DNA of 64,000 nt. Source: Clostridiales bacterium UBA4139. GTDB lineage: Bacteria; Bacillota; Clostridia; Lachnospirales; Anaerotignaceae. The stretch covers positions 9,646 to 73,645 of the forward strand of contig DFWH01000014.1 of the NCBI GenBank assembly GCA_002380805.1. Direction: 5' to 3'. The notes beneath the pieces are model-generated. The model did not search any database, was not told the origin of the DNA, and saw only the letters and a program-made list of their open reading frames with translations. Positions within the stretch are counted from its first letter, which is position 1. Every line of letters starts with the position of its first letter. Below are positions 29,517-38,946 of this stretch, piece by piece. The translations under genes and the position numbers were made by a program.

Positions 29517-31019
29517 ATGGTTTTTAAGGCCATAAGGGATTTGGTCTCCTATGGATTAGAAAAAGGATTGATTCAGAGGTCTGACCAAGTTTATGTTACA
29601 AATACTTTGCTCTCAACCCTAGGGCTAGATGGGTATGAGGAGCCTGTGGGGGAAAGGGAAGAGGATTTAGAAAAAATCCTAAAGATTCTACTGGATTATG
29701 CAGTAGAAGAGGGTTTAGTGGAAGATAGTGTTGTTTATAGGGATTTGTTCGATACGGAATTGATGGGGGTGATGATACCTTTTCCAAGGGAGGTCATTGC
29801 AAAGTTTTTGGATTTGTATAAACAATCACCGGAAAAAGCCACTGATTGGTACTATGAATTTAGCCAAAATACAGATTATATTCGTCGCTATCGAATAGAG
29901 AAAGACCGTAGGTGGAAGACAAAAACACCCTTTGGTGATTTAGATATTACCATTAATCTTTCAAAGCCTGAGAAAGATCCAAAGGCCATTGCTGCGGCAA
30001 AAAATGCCCCGGCTTCAGGGTATCCTAAATGTATGTTGTGTAAAGAGAATGAGGGTTATGGAGGGCGGGTAAATCACCCTGCAAGGCAGAGTCACCGAAT
30101 TATCCCCATTGAAATTGGAGGAAAGTCTTGGTTTTTCCAGTATTCCCCTTATGTTTATTACAATGAACACTGTATCGTTTTTAGTGGTGATCACGCACCA
30201 ATGAAAATAAATAGAAATACCTTTGAGAAGATGTTCGACTTTATTGCATTTTTACCCCATTATTTTGTGGGTTCAAATGCTGATTTACCTATTGTTGGAG
30301 GTTCTATTCTTGCTCATGATCATTTTCAAGGGGGAAAATATACCTTTGCTATGGAACAGGCAGAGATAGAAGAAACCGTTGTTTTTGAAGGATTTTCAGA
30401 TGTGGAAGGGGGTATTGTAAAGTGGCCAATGTCTGTTATTCGGTTAAAGGGTGAAAATGTGAAACAGATAATTGACTTGGCTGACCATATTTTGCAAAGT
30501 TGGCGGGGGTATTCTGATGAGGAGGCATTTATATTTGCAATGACTCAAGGGGAACATCATAATACCATTACTCCTATCGCTAGGAAACGCCGAGGGAAGT
30601 TTGAGTTGGACTTAGTCTTACGGAACAACATTACAACAGCGGAGCACCCTTTGGGAGTTTATCATCCCCATGAAAATCTGCATCACATTAAGAAAGAGAA
30701 TATTGGGTTGATTGAAGTTATGGGCTTGGCGGTATTGCCGGCTCGACTTCTTACAGAAATGCATTATTTAAAGCAAGCTATATTAATAGGTTCAGATATA
30801 TTTGCTGATGAGAAAGTTGCAATTCATGCACCATGGGCACAGGAAATCATAAATAAGTATGGCAAGCTTTCTGAAAACAATATTGACTCTATTTTAAGGG
30901 AAGAAATTGGGTTAGTATTTGCTCAGGTATTGGAAGATGCTGGTGTGTTTAAAGTAACGGAAGAGGGACGTAAATTTTTTGCACGGTTCCTAGAAAGTTG
31001 CGGTGGAAAGGTGAGGTAA
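29517..31019 (+). CDS. galT: Galactose-1-phosphate uridylyltransferase (type II)
   Basis: ITINLSKPEKDP, GSNADLPIVGGSILAHDHFQGG, HHIKKENIGLIEVMG. Confidence 0.97.
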   Translation: MVFKAIRDLVSYGLEKGLIQRSDQVYVTNTLLSTLGLDGYEEPVGEREEDLEKILKILLDYAVEEGLVEDSVVYRDLFDTELMGVMIPFPREVIAKFLDLYKQSPEKATDWYYEFSQNTDYIRRYRIEKDRRWKTKTPFGDLDITINLSKPEKDPKAIAAAKNAPASGYPKCMLCKENEGYGGRVNHPARQSHRIIPIEIGGKSWFFQYSPYVYYNEHCIVFSGDHAPMKINRNTFEKMFDFIAFLPHYFVGSNADLPIVGGSILAHDHFQGGKYTFAMEQAEIEETVVFEGFSDVEGGIVKWPMSVIRLKGENVKQIIDLADHILQSWRGYSDEEAFIFAMTQGEHHNTITPIARKRRGKFELDLVLRNNITTAEHPLGVYHPHENLHHIKKENIGLIEVMGLAVLPARLLTEMHYLKQAILIGSDIFADEKVAIHAPWAQEIINKYGKLSENNIDSILREEIGLVFAQVLEDAGVFKVTEEGRKFFARFLESCGGKVR

Positions 31020-31022
31020 CCC

Positions 31023-32039
31023 ATGGTAGAGAAAGAATTCTTTGGAAGCAGCAAAGATGGTCGGTTGGTAGATAGGTATACCCTGGTAAATAGCAGTGGT
31101 ACAAGGGTATCTATATTGACGTTTGGCGGAATTATTCAATCTTTTTGTTTTCGGGGAATAGATATTGTTTTAGGTTTTGATCAAGTACAGGATTATGAGA
31201 AACAGGATGCCTACATTGGCGCAATTGTCGGTAGGTTTGCAAATCGGATTGGAAATGGGGTTTTTCAATTAGATAGAAAAAAGTATTATTTACTAAAAAA
31301 TAATGGGCCGAACCACTTACACGGCGGGTTAGATGGATTTAACAAAAAAATTTGGAGAGCAGAAGTAAACGGAAATGCGTTGCATTTATATTATACTAGC
31401 CCTGATGGTGAGGAGGGTTACCCTGGAAACTTGGAAGTCGAGGTTGTCTACTATTTAGACGAAAAAAATTGCTTTTCCGTAGAATATAAGGCAACTGCTG
31501 ATCAAGACACCATTGTTAACCTAACTAATCATAGCTATTTTAATTTAAATGGGCATGGTTTTGGTTCATTAGAACAACACGAGGTTCAAATTTTTGCTGA
31601 CAGATTTACAGAAAATGATGAAAATGCTTTGCCAACAGGAAAAATACGCGATGTCCATGGGACGCCAATGGATTTTAGACAGCCTAATCGTCTTCTAAGC
31701 CGAATAGATGAGGATTACGACCAACTTCAGTTTGGCAAGGGGTATGACCATAACTGGATTATTAATGGTGAAGGATTACGACCGTTTGCAAAAGCAAGGG
31801 GGTTAACATCGGGAGTTACTATGGAGGTGTTTTCCGATCAGCCAGGGATGCAAATGTACACTGCTAATTTTTTGAATATGGAAATAAAAGGTAAGGAAAA
31901 TGCTTTTTATCCAGTTCGAAGTGGGGTTTGTTTTGAGACACAGGGCTTCCCAGATTCACCTAATAAGTCGCAATTTCCTTCATCTGTTCTGAAAGCAGGC
32001 AAATTGTATGCGACAAAAACCCTCTTTATTTTGTATTAA
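31023..32039 (+). CDS. galM: Aldose 1-epimerase (galactose mutarotase)
   Basis: GRFANRI, HLHGG, NLTNHSYFNL, GYDHN, CFETQ. Confidence 0.95.
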   Translation: MVEKEFFGSSKDGRLVDRYTLVNSSGTRVSILTFGGIIQSFCFRGIDIVLGFDQVQDYEKQDAYIGAIVGRFANRIGNGVFQLDRKKYYLLKNNGPNHLHGGLDGFNKKIWRAEVNGNALHLYYTSPDGEEGYPGNLEVEVVYYLDEKNCFSVEYKATADQDTIVNLTNHSYFNLNGHGFGSLEQHEVQIFADRFTENDENALPTGKIRDVHGTPMDFRQPNRLLSRIDEDYDQLQFGKGYDHNWIINGEGLRPFAKARGLTSGVTMEVFSDQPGMQMYTANFLNMEIKGKENAFYPVRSGVCFETQGFPDSPNKSQFPSSVLKAGKLYATKTLFILY

Positions 32040-32068
32040 AAATAAAAAAGAGAAGAATTATTATATTG

Positions 32069-32111
32069 AAAAGAACTTCTTTCTACCAGACAAGAAGTTC
32101 TTTTTATTTTT
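32069..32111 (+). terminator. Terminator of the gal operon
   Basis: AAAAGAACTTCTT...AAGAAGTTCTTTT plus T-run. Confidence 0.75.
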
Positions 32112-32216
32112 GTTTAAAATGCATCCCAATAAAATTCTGCATGAAAAATAATTGAATACAAAAAAATGAAATTTAAATTGTACGGAATCTAATTTATTAA
32201 ATGAAAAGGCTTTCTA

Positions 32217-32307
32217 TTGAAAATTAAAAGGTATTATGCTAGTATGTATATATTATTAGCATAAATTACCACATATTGTTGGATTTATGCATAAAATTTG
32301 ATATAGT
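32217..32307 (+). promoter_or_regulatory. Two candidate SigA promoters for the fliK operon
   Basis: TTGAAA-N17-TAGTAT (32217-32245) and TTGGAT-N17-TATAGT (32279-32307), both with TG extension; the region is very AT-rich so chance matches are possible. Confidence 0.45.
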
Positions 32308-32711
32308 ATTAATAAAACATGATTATTATTAAATAATTGTTATTTTAAACCAAGAGAAAACCCACTTCAACGGATAAAGAAATGATCGTTGAAATTTAAT
32401 GATGGAGCCTAAAAATTTTTGTTACGGAGCCTAATTTAAATTAAAACAGGTGGATTTTTTTTGCAGTTTTATTTCTTAAAAGCATCCTTTCAAAGTTTTA
32501 AAAAGTTTTAGGCAAAAGAATGACAAGTTTCATTTTGTGTGCTCACAAAATGAAATTTATTTTGCGATAGGAAAATCACATGGTTTTTTGCGTGGCATTA
32601 GAATTGGTAGAACAAAATTATCATTTTTGGGTGTTTTGTTGTAAAGTAAGTAATTGATGAGGTTTGAAGACTATTTAGGAAATCAACTGTTGGTGTTAAG
32701 GAGGTGGGTAC

Positions 32712-33917
32712 TTGAATACTTGTTCTGTTTCGGCAAATAAGAATATTCCCGAAAGCAATAAGGTTGGCATAAAGTCGAAAGCTAATCAGTCTGAAGATAG
32801 ATTTAAGGATATGATAAAGAATGTATCATCAGATAATAAACCGGTAGAAAAGAACAAACCGGTTAAAAAAGAGGAAAAAGATTTGGCTAACCCCAATGCA
32901 GGAGTAAATAGTGATGGACAAAGTAGTGAAAAAAAGGATGAAGAAATAAACATTGCTGATTTGGCATCGATTGTCTCCAATTCAGCTGGTATCCTTGATT
33001 CTGTTCAACTTGTAAAGATTGTTAATCTTTCTATGGATGGACAGGTACAGGCGGCTCCTATGCTAGATGTGAAAAGCACCACTACTGAAGCTGGGCTGTT
33101 GGAAATGGCCGGCAACTTAGTACCCCTAGCAGAAGGGATGAAAGCGGTTTCTGTTGTTGGTGGGGGATTACAGATACAGGCGAACCAAAAAACAACGCCT
33201 ATGCAAGCTCTTCAAGTTCCCTCACAGGAGCAAAGTGATGAACCCTCTGTTGTTGGAATTAAGCAAGAGACTTCCTCCGACGCTATGGGTGGAAAGCAAA
33301 ATCAGTCACCTTCCCAGAAACAATATTCGAGCCTAGCAGCGCAGAGTTCAGCACCTAGCCTGACAAAAGAAAGTAGCCCTATGGAAAATAACACCGTAAC
33401 GCCATCTGAGCTGAAATTAATGCAGACAAATGGAATGGGTGATAACCTTGTAACAATAAAAGTTGGCGAGCCATCTTTAAATTCATCGTGGAAACAGGTT
33501 GCAGAAGAAATAGGAAAAATGATTGTTGAGAAAGTCAATAGCGAAGTGCAAAAAGTTAATATTACCTTAAACCCGAAAGATCTTGGTGAAATTGATGTAG
33601 AGTTCTTCATTAATAAGGGGAAAATTTCGGTTTCTTTAAACTGTACAAATGAGGGAACAAAAACATTATTGGCTTCAAATTTAGATTCTCTATCAAAAAT
33701 TGTTCAATCAAGCTTAATGCAGGATGTAAATGTTAATCTGAGCCACGATAAAACAAATGGTCAGAATACAAATAGTGAAAATTTTGATGGCAGAGGAAAT
33801 AATGGACATTATCAGGGAGATTCGCAACAAAAGAAAAAAGATCAGGAACAACCTAATTTAGACTTTGTTCAGAGGTTGCGCTTAGGTATTGAAGGCGTGG
33901 AAAGCGCGGAGGTGTAA
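32712..33917 (+). CDS. fliK: Flagellar hook-length control protein
   Basis: Low-complexity N-term; ITLNPKDLGEIDV FliK_C motif; precedes flgD; TTG start with SD AAGGAGGT. Confidence 0.9.
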   Translation: MNTCSVSANKNIPESNKVGIKSKANQSEDRFKDMIKNVSSDNKPVEKNKPVKKEEKDLANPNAGVNSDGQSSEKKDEEINIADLASIVSNSAGILDSVQLVKIVNLSMDGQVQAAPMLDVKSTTTEAGLLEMAGNLVPLAEGMKAVSVVGGGLQIQANQKTTPMQALQVPSQEQSDEPSVVGIKQETSSDAMGGKQNQSPSQKQYSSLAAQSSAPSLTKESSPMENNTVTPSELKLMQTNGMGDNLVTIKVGEPSLNSSWKQVAEEIGKMIVEKVNSEVQKVNITLNPKDLGEIDVEFFINKGKISVSLNCTNEGTKTLLASNLDSLSKIVQSSLMQDVNVNLSHDKTNGQNTNSENFDGRGNNGHYQGDSQQKKKDQEQPNLDFVQRLRLGIEGVESAEV

Positions 33918-33918
33918 A

Positions 33919-34533
33919 ATGTCCAATATTAATAGCTATATGACAAGTATTCCGTATAAAGGAGCAGCCACTACAAACAATCAGCAGATCACTTCCGAAA
34001 CCAAGGGAAAAGGCTATTTGGAAATGGATGATTTTTTTAAGCTGATGGCCGCACAGCTTCAAAACCAGGATATGACCAATCCCATGGATCAAAGCGAATT
34101 TATGAGCCAATTAACACTGATGTCTACAATTCAGGCAATTAGTGAGATTACAAATGTTACTGTTATTTCATATGCAGCTTCGTTGGTGGGCAAGGATGTT
34201 ACCATTGGCGAGGTTGGTACCGATGGCAAGGTAAAAGAAGTTTTTGGCACTGTTACTGCCACAGGTGTCTATGGTGGTGAACAGGTTATCTTCGTAGATG
34301 GAAAAAGCTATCGCTTATCGCAGATTATGGCAGTTGGCAAATTGCCTGAACCTGAAGGTGAGGGCGAAGGCGAAGGTGAAGGCGAAGGCGGTGGCACAGA
34401 AGGACCTGGTGAAACGCCTGATTCTGGAACAACTACTCCAGATGGTAGTGGAGAGAATGCTGACGTAGTGTCAAAAGCTGCATCTTCACAATTGGATTCA
34501 TCGGGACAAAATTCCCAGAAAAATAACTATTAA
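33919..34533 (+). CDS. flgD: Hook capping protein with acidic C-terminal tail
   Basis: FFKLMAAQLQNQDMTNPMD; ATG 33919 after SD GGAGGT. Confidence 0.92.
   Translation: MSNINSYMTSIPYKGAATTNNQQITSETKGKGYLEMDDFFKLMAAQLQNQDMTNPMDQSEFMSQLTLMSTIQAISEITNVTVISYAASLVGKDVTIGEVGTDGKVKEVFGTVTATGVYGGEQVIFVDGKSYRLSQIMAVGKLPEPEGEGEGEGEGEGGGTEGPGETPDSGTTTPDGSGENADVVSKAASSQLDSSGQNSQKNNY
34345..34392 (+). repeat. In-frame hexamer repeat (CCTGAA x2, GGYGAR x5) encoding PEPE(GE)5GG
   Basis: cctgaa cctgaa ggtgag ggcgaa ggcgaa ggtgaa ggcgaa ggcggt. Confidence 0.85.
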
Positions 34534-34603
34534 AGTATTTTTATAGATTTATTAGTTCAAATAAAATTCAACTGTTAGTGGTAGAGAGAGGAGCACTTAA
34601 ATT

Positions 34604-35545
34604 ATGGTAAAATCAATGTTTTCGGGAATTGCAGGTCTGCGTGCACATCAGCAAAAAATGGACGTTATTGGTAATAATATTGCCAATGTAAATACTTATG
34701 GTTATAAGGCGGGTAGGGTAACATTCAAGGAATCAATTTATCAGACGACATCATCTTCAAGCAATGGTAATGATATTTTTGGTGGTTCAAACCCCTCACA
34801 GGTAGGGTACGGATCTCAGGTAGGAACAGTTGACTTAATGTTTTCTAACGGTGCTTATGCCCCAACTGATAGTGCCATGGACTGTATGATTGATGGTCAG
34901 GGCTTCTTTATTGTTGGACCTAAAAACCCCGAGGGTATTAAGTTAGAGGATGCTACTCCCGAGGAAGTTTCGCAGAAATTAAGTGGTACTTATCTGACTA
35001 GAGTTGGTAATTTTGTTTTCGATGGTGATGGTTACCTTTGCGATGGCAGCGGTAATGTCGTTTATGGTTATGGGATGAAAGACGACGGTACTCCTAATAC
35101 TGAAACCTTGGTGCCTTTGCGTGTACCTTATGTAGATAAAGATGGTATCATTGATACCAGTACACCTCCAGCTGATACTAGCACACCTATGAAGTTGAAT
35201 AGTGTTAGTATTTCTAAAACTGGTGAAATTGTTGGCAACGATTCTGATGGTGAAAGCAGAACAATTGGTATGATTGCTTTGGCAAATGTGCCTAACCCCA
35301 ATGCGTTGGAGAAGACACAGGGGCCTTATTACTCAATCCGTGAAAATACTGGTTTTGTTTTACCTTATGAACCTGGAAAAGGTACAACCGGTTCAATTGT
35401 AAACTATGGTTTGGAAATGTCTAATGTTGACCTGGCAAAAGAGTTCTCTGAGATGATTACAACACAAAGAGGTTTCCAGGCGAATACTAGAATTATTTCT
35501 GTTACCGATGAGATGTTACAAGAACTTGTAAATATTAAACGCTAA
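34604..35545 (+). CDS. flgE: Flagellar hook protein
   Basis: IGNNIANVNTYGYK, LEMSNVDLAKEFSEMITTQRGFQAN; follows flgD. Confidence 0.92.
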   Translation: MVKSMFSGIAGLRAHQQKMDVIGNNIANVNTYGYKAGRVTFKESIYQTTSSSSNGNDIFGGSNPSQVGYGSQVGTVDLMFSNGAYAPTDSAMDCMIDGQGFFIVGPKNPEGIKLEDATPEEVSQKLSGTYLTRVGNFVFDGDGYLCDGSGNVVYGYGMKDDGTPNTETLVPLRVPYVDKDGIIDTSTPPADTSTPMKLNSVSISKTGEIVGNDSDGESRTIGMIALANVPNPNALEKTQGPYYSIRENTGFVLPYEPGKGTTGSIVNYGLEMSNVDLAKEFSEMITTQRGFQANTRIISVTDEMLQELVNIKR

Positions 35546-35590
35546 TGAAACGTAACTATATTTTAGGGCGATAATTTTATAAAATATGGT

Positions 35591-35627
35591 GTAAGCCGCT
35601 GCCGAATTGGTTGCGGTTTACTGTTTT
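35591..35627 (+). terminator. Terminator-like hairpin after flgE
   Basis: GTAAGCCGC...GCGGTTTAC followed by TGTTTT. Confidence 0.55.
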
Positions 35628-35887
35628 AAACTAATCAAGGAATCAATAGAACTTGGAATATACCAATCAAATAAGGTTAGGTATAAATCAGTCTAGTGAA
35701 AATGAGTACAAGCTGGCTGTTACTGGCATATTATGAAACTGTAATTACATCGTATTCCATCTGAGTTACAAAATGGTTTTATGTTGAGTGCTTATAAAAA
35801 GATTTACAATTTGCTGGTGTAATTTACATATTACAACCAGCGTCGGGAATACTGAAAGCAGCTATGGCCATCACAGGAGGGGTTTTT

Positions 35888-36091
35888 ATGATAAAACTAA
35901 CAAAGCTTAATGGGGAAAAATTTGTATTGAATTGTGAACAAATAGTTGCAATTGAGTGTATTCCAGAATCAAAGATAATTCTACATAATTTAAGTTTTTA
36001 CATAGTGAGAGAAACTCCGGATGAAATAATTCAAAAATCAGTTGAATATTTAATGTTGACTCATTCTTTGAATATACACCCAAAGGTGTAA
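35888..36091 (+). CDS. flbD: Flagellar FlbD (SwrD) family protein
   Basis: MIKLTKLNG..FVLN...I..IE.IP; SD AGGAGG; precedes motA. Confidence 0.9.
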   Translation: MIKLTKLNGEKFVLNCEQIVAIECIPESKIILHNLSFYIVRETPDEIIQKSVEYLMLTHSLNIHPKV

Positions 36092-36136
36092 GCACTTAAA
36101 TTGGTTCGATAGAATTAGCGATTTTGGAGGCGTATT

Positions 36137-36937
36137 ATGGACTTAACAACGTTTATAGGGGTCATAGCTGGTTTTGTTCTGGTTGTATTTGGTATCAAAA
36201 TAGAAAACTTGGGAAATTTTTGGGATTTGCCAAGTGTTTTGATTGTTATCGGTGGAACCTTTGCGGCATTAATTGCGAGTTATCCAGCTAGAGTTTTGAA
36301 ACAGTTGCCAAAACAGTTCAAAATTATTTTGAAAAATCCATATAACCCTATGGAATTTATTGACGAATTGCATGAGCTGGCAATTATTGCTCGTAAGAAT
36401 GGACTTCTTGCTTTGGAAGAAAAGGCAAATTCCATGCAAGATCCCTTTTTTCGTGAGGGCTTAATGTTGATTGTTGATTCAACCACACCTCAGCAGGTGA
36501 AAGAAATCTTGAATAACACTATGGATCATATCCAAGACCGACATAACGAAATCATTGAGTTTTATGAAAAAGGAGCTAGTTACGCTCCGGCATTTGGTAT
36601 GGTTGGTACATTGATTGGTTTGGTTAATATGCTGATGTCTATGAATGTGGAAGATGGTTCAGATGGCATAAGTACGAATATGGGTATTGCTTTAATTACA
36701 ACATTCTATGGTTCATTACTTGCCAATCTATTTTTTATGCCTATTGCAAAGAAATTGCAGGTAAGAAGTGACGAAGAGCTTCTATGTAGAGAAATTATTA
36801 TAGAAGGAATTTTAGCCATCCAAGCAGGTGAAAATCCCACTTTTTTAAAGGAAAAATTGATTACCTACTTGCCCCAATATGAAAAGAGCGGGAAAAAGAA
36901 AAAGGGCAAAGATGATGGGGCTGAAGACGAGGATTAA
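36137..36937 (+). CDS. motA: Flagellar stator A subunit
   Basis: ARKNGLLALE, APAFGMVGTLIGLV, ALITTFYG. Confidence 0.95.
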   Translation: MDLTTFIGVIAGFVLVVFGIKIENLGNFWDLPSVLIVIGGTFAALIASYPARVLKQLPKQFKIILKNPYNPMEFIDELHELAIIARKNGLLALEEKANSMQDPFFREGLMLIVDSTTPQQVKEILNNTMDHIQDRHNEIIEFYEKGASYAPAFGMVGTLIGLVNMLMSMNVEDGSDGISTNMGIALITTFYGSLLANLFFMPIAKKLQVRSDEELLCREIIIEGILAIQAGENPTFLKEKLITYLPQYEKSGKKKKGKDDGAEDED

Positions 36938-37002
36938 TCCAACAAGAAAGGTTTTAGAGTAGATACTTAATAAGTGTTTATTGTTTAATGAGGGTGAGGG
37001 TT

Positions 37003-37794
37003 ATGAAAAAACGTAGAAAAGGTGGCATTTCTAACGAGTGGCTGAATACGTATAGCGATATGGTTACACTTCTTCTCTGTTTCTTTGTATTGCTTTATTC
37101 TATATCTTCAGTTGATAGTGCAAAGTGGGAGAAAATTGTAAAAAGTTTTAATCCTACGGATAAAGAAGTGAGTCAGATCGTTGAGGATGCCGAGGGTAGC
37201 CTTGGGAATTACGATGTTGAAGGCGGCTTTAATGGGGATGGGATGGATACGCAGTTTAGCGACGAATTTGATGAGCTGTATTATAGGCTATCTAAATATG
37301 TAGAGACACAGGGGTTAGATGCTGACGTTGAAGTGACAAAGGGCGATGGATTCACATTTATAACATTTCGAAATAATATCTTTTTCGATGGTGATAGCTA
37401 CACGCTGAAAGATGAGGGGAAGGAAGTTCTTGATAATTTATGTTATGCAATAGCAGACGTAAACCAATCCATTAGTGAAATTCAGATTTTAGGGCATACC
37501 TCTCAGGCAAGCCCAACAGAACCAAATGAGGTGGAAAGTGACAGGTTTTTATCATCAAATAGAGCCTCAGAAGTTTTGGTGTATATCCAGCGAAAAAATA
37601 TTATTGGACCTGAAAAATTAGTTTCTAGCGGCTTTGGTCAGTTCAGACCTTGTAGTTCTTTTGAAACAAGGGAAAGTAGAGCAAAAAATAGGCGTGTAGA
37701 AATTATTATAACAAAAAATGATAGTGTTGTTAGAACATTAGATAACTACTATAATGAGGTGTATGGCATTGATTCTACACAAATACAGAATTAA
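37003..37794 (+). CDS. motB: Flagellar stator B subunit
   Basis: WLNTYSDMVTLLLCFFVLL TM helix; OmpA-like GHT, LSSNRA, NRRVEI. Confidence 0.95.
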   Translation: MKKRRKGGISNEWLNTYSDMVTLLLCFFVLLYSISSVDSAKWEKIVKSFNPTDKEVSQIVEDAEGSLGNYDVEGGFNGDGMDTQFSDEFDELYYRLSKYVETQGLDADVEVTKGDGFTFITFRNNIFFDGDSYTLKDEGKEVLDNLCYAIADVNQSISEIQILGHTSQASPTEPNEVESDRFLSSNRASEVLVYIQRKNIIGPEKLVSSGFGQFRPCSSFETRESRAKNRRVEIIITKNDSVVRTLDNYYNEVYGIDSTQIQN

Positions 37795-37919
37795 AGGTGA
37801 AATGAGAAGTTAGTTTCCTTTTATGTTGCTATAATTTAGTTTGTGATTAGGATAGATGTTTAGATTGTGATAAAAGGGGCTTTAGGCCAATTATTTAGGG
37901 GTAGGGGTGAATGCTATAA

Positions 37920-38918
37920 ATGTCTGAAGTATTAAGCCAGAGTCAGATAGACGAGTTGCTGGCGTCTGTAATCGGGGGCGGCAATGTGGAAAGTAAGGTC
38001 TATACGGAGCCTGGCGACAAATACCGTAAATACGATTTCTATAGTCCGAAGAAGTATACGAAGGACAAGTTGAATATAATCAAAAACACCCATGAGAATT
38101 ATTGTCGATTAGTCTCTTCCAGATTAAACAGTTTATTAAGAGCATCCACACAAGTCTCACTTATTACTGTGGAGGAGGAGCGTTACTATGAATTTAGTAA
38201 TGCACTATCTGATAATGATGCTTTAACAATGGTTAGTGCTGTTTTGCAAAATAAAGAGGGCAGTGGAATGATTTATATGCATATAACCACACCTCTAATG
38301 CTTAGCATGATTGACCGAATGTTGGGTGGAAAAGGGGATGAGCCATTAAATGTTTCATCGCTTTATGCATACACAGATATCGAGCTTTTGCTTTATGAAA
38401 ATATTGCTCGGTATTTGGTATCTGTGATGAAGGATGGCTGGTCAAATTATCTGGATTTGAGCTTCGAAATTGAAAAGGTTGAAACATCCCATGGGCTGAT
38501 GCAAGAAATTGGCATGGATGAGATAGTTGTAATTGTTGTAATTGAAGTAATTATTAATGATGTGGTTGGGAAGATAAATATCTGTATCCCAAGTACACTG
38601 CTTACAAATATTTTTGGAGTCTTAGAAAGTAAGAAATCAGCCAGTGGTAAAAATGCCGGAGCTGCAGAAGATAAAACATCTCAAGATATTTTCGAATTTA
38701 TTAAAGATTCTAATTTAGAAGTAACGGCTAAAATTGGAGACGCAACTGTGATGCTACAAGATATTTTCGATCTTAAAAAGGGTGACATTATAAATATGAA
38801 TAGACCCCAAGACTCATTTGTCGATGTTTTTGTTGAAGATAATATCTGGTTTCAAGGTAAACTGGGTGTTCAGAATAAAAATTTGGCAGTGAGAATAAGC
38901 GAAACAAATAAACATTAA
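37920..38918 (+). CDS. fliM: C-ring switch protein
   Basis: VLSQSQIDELL CheY-binding peptide, YDF, SpoA C-term. Confidence 0.95.
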   Translation: MSEVLSQSQIDELLASVIGGGNVESKVYTEPGDKYRKYDFYSPKKYTKDKLNIIKNTHENYCRLVSSRLNSLLRASTQVSLITVEEERYYEFSNALSDNDALTMVSAVLQNKEGSGMIYMHITTPLMLSMIDRMLGGKGDEPLNVSSLYAYTDIELLLYENIARYLVSVMKDGWSNYLDLSFEIEKVETSHGLMQEIGMDEIVVIVVIEVIINDVVGKINICIPSTLLTNIFGVLESKKSASGKNAGAAEDKTSQDIFEFIKDSNLEVTAKIGDATVMLQDIFDLKKGDIINMNRPQDSFVDVFVEDNIWFQGKLGVQNKNLAVRISETNKH

Positions 38919-38946
38919 TAATAGCAAAAGGGGGCGATTTATAGTT

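Noticed and set aside
32112..32711. c-di-GMP-I/II riboswitch or a C. difficile-type invertible flagellar switch in the fliK leader
   Set aside because: No GEMM-like core recognised, no clear ~20-bp flanking inverted repeats, and no recombinase gene in the window
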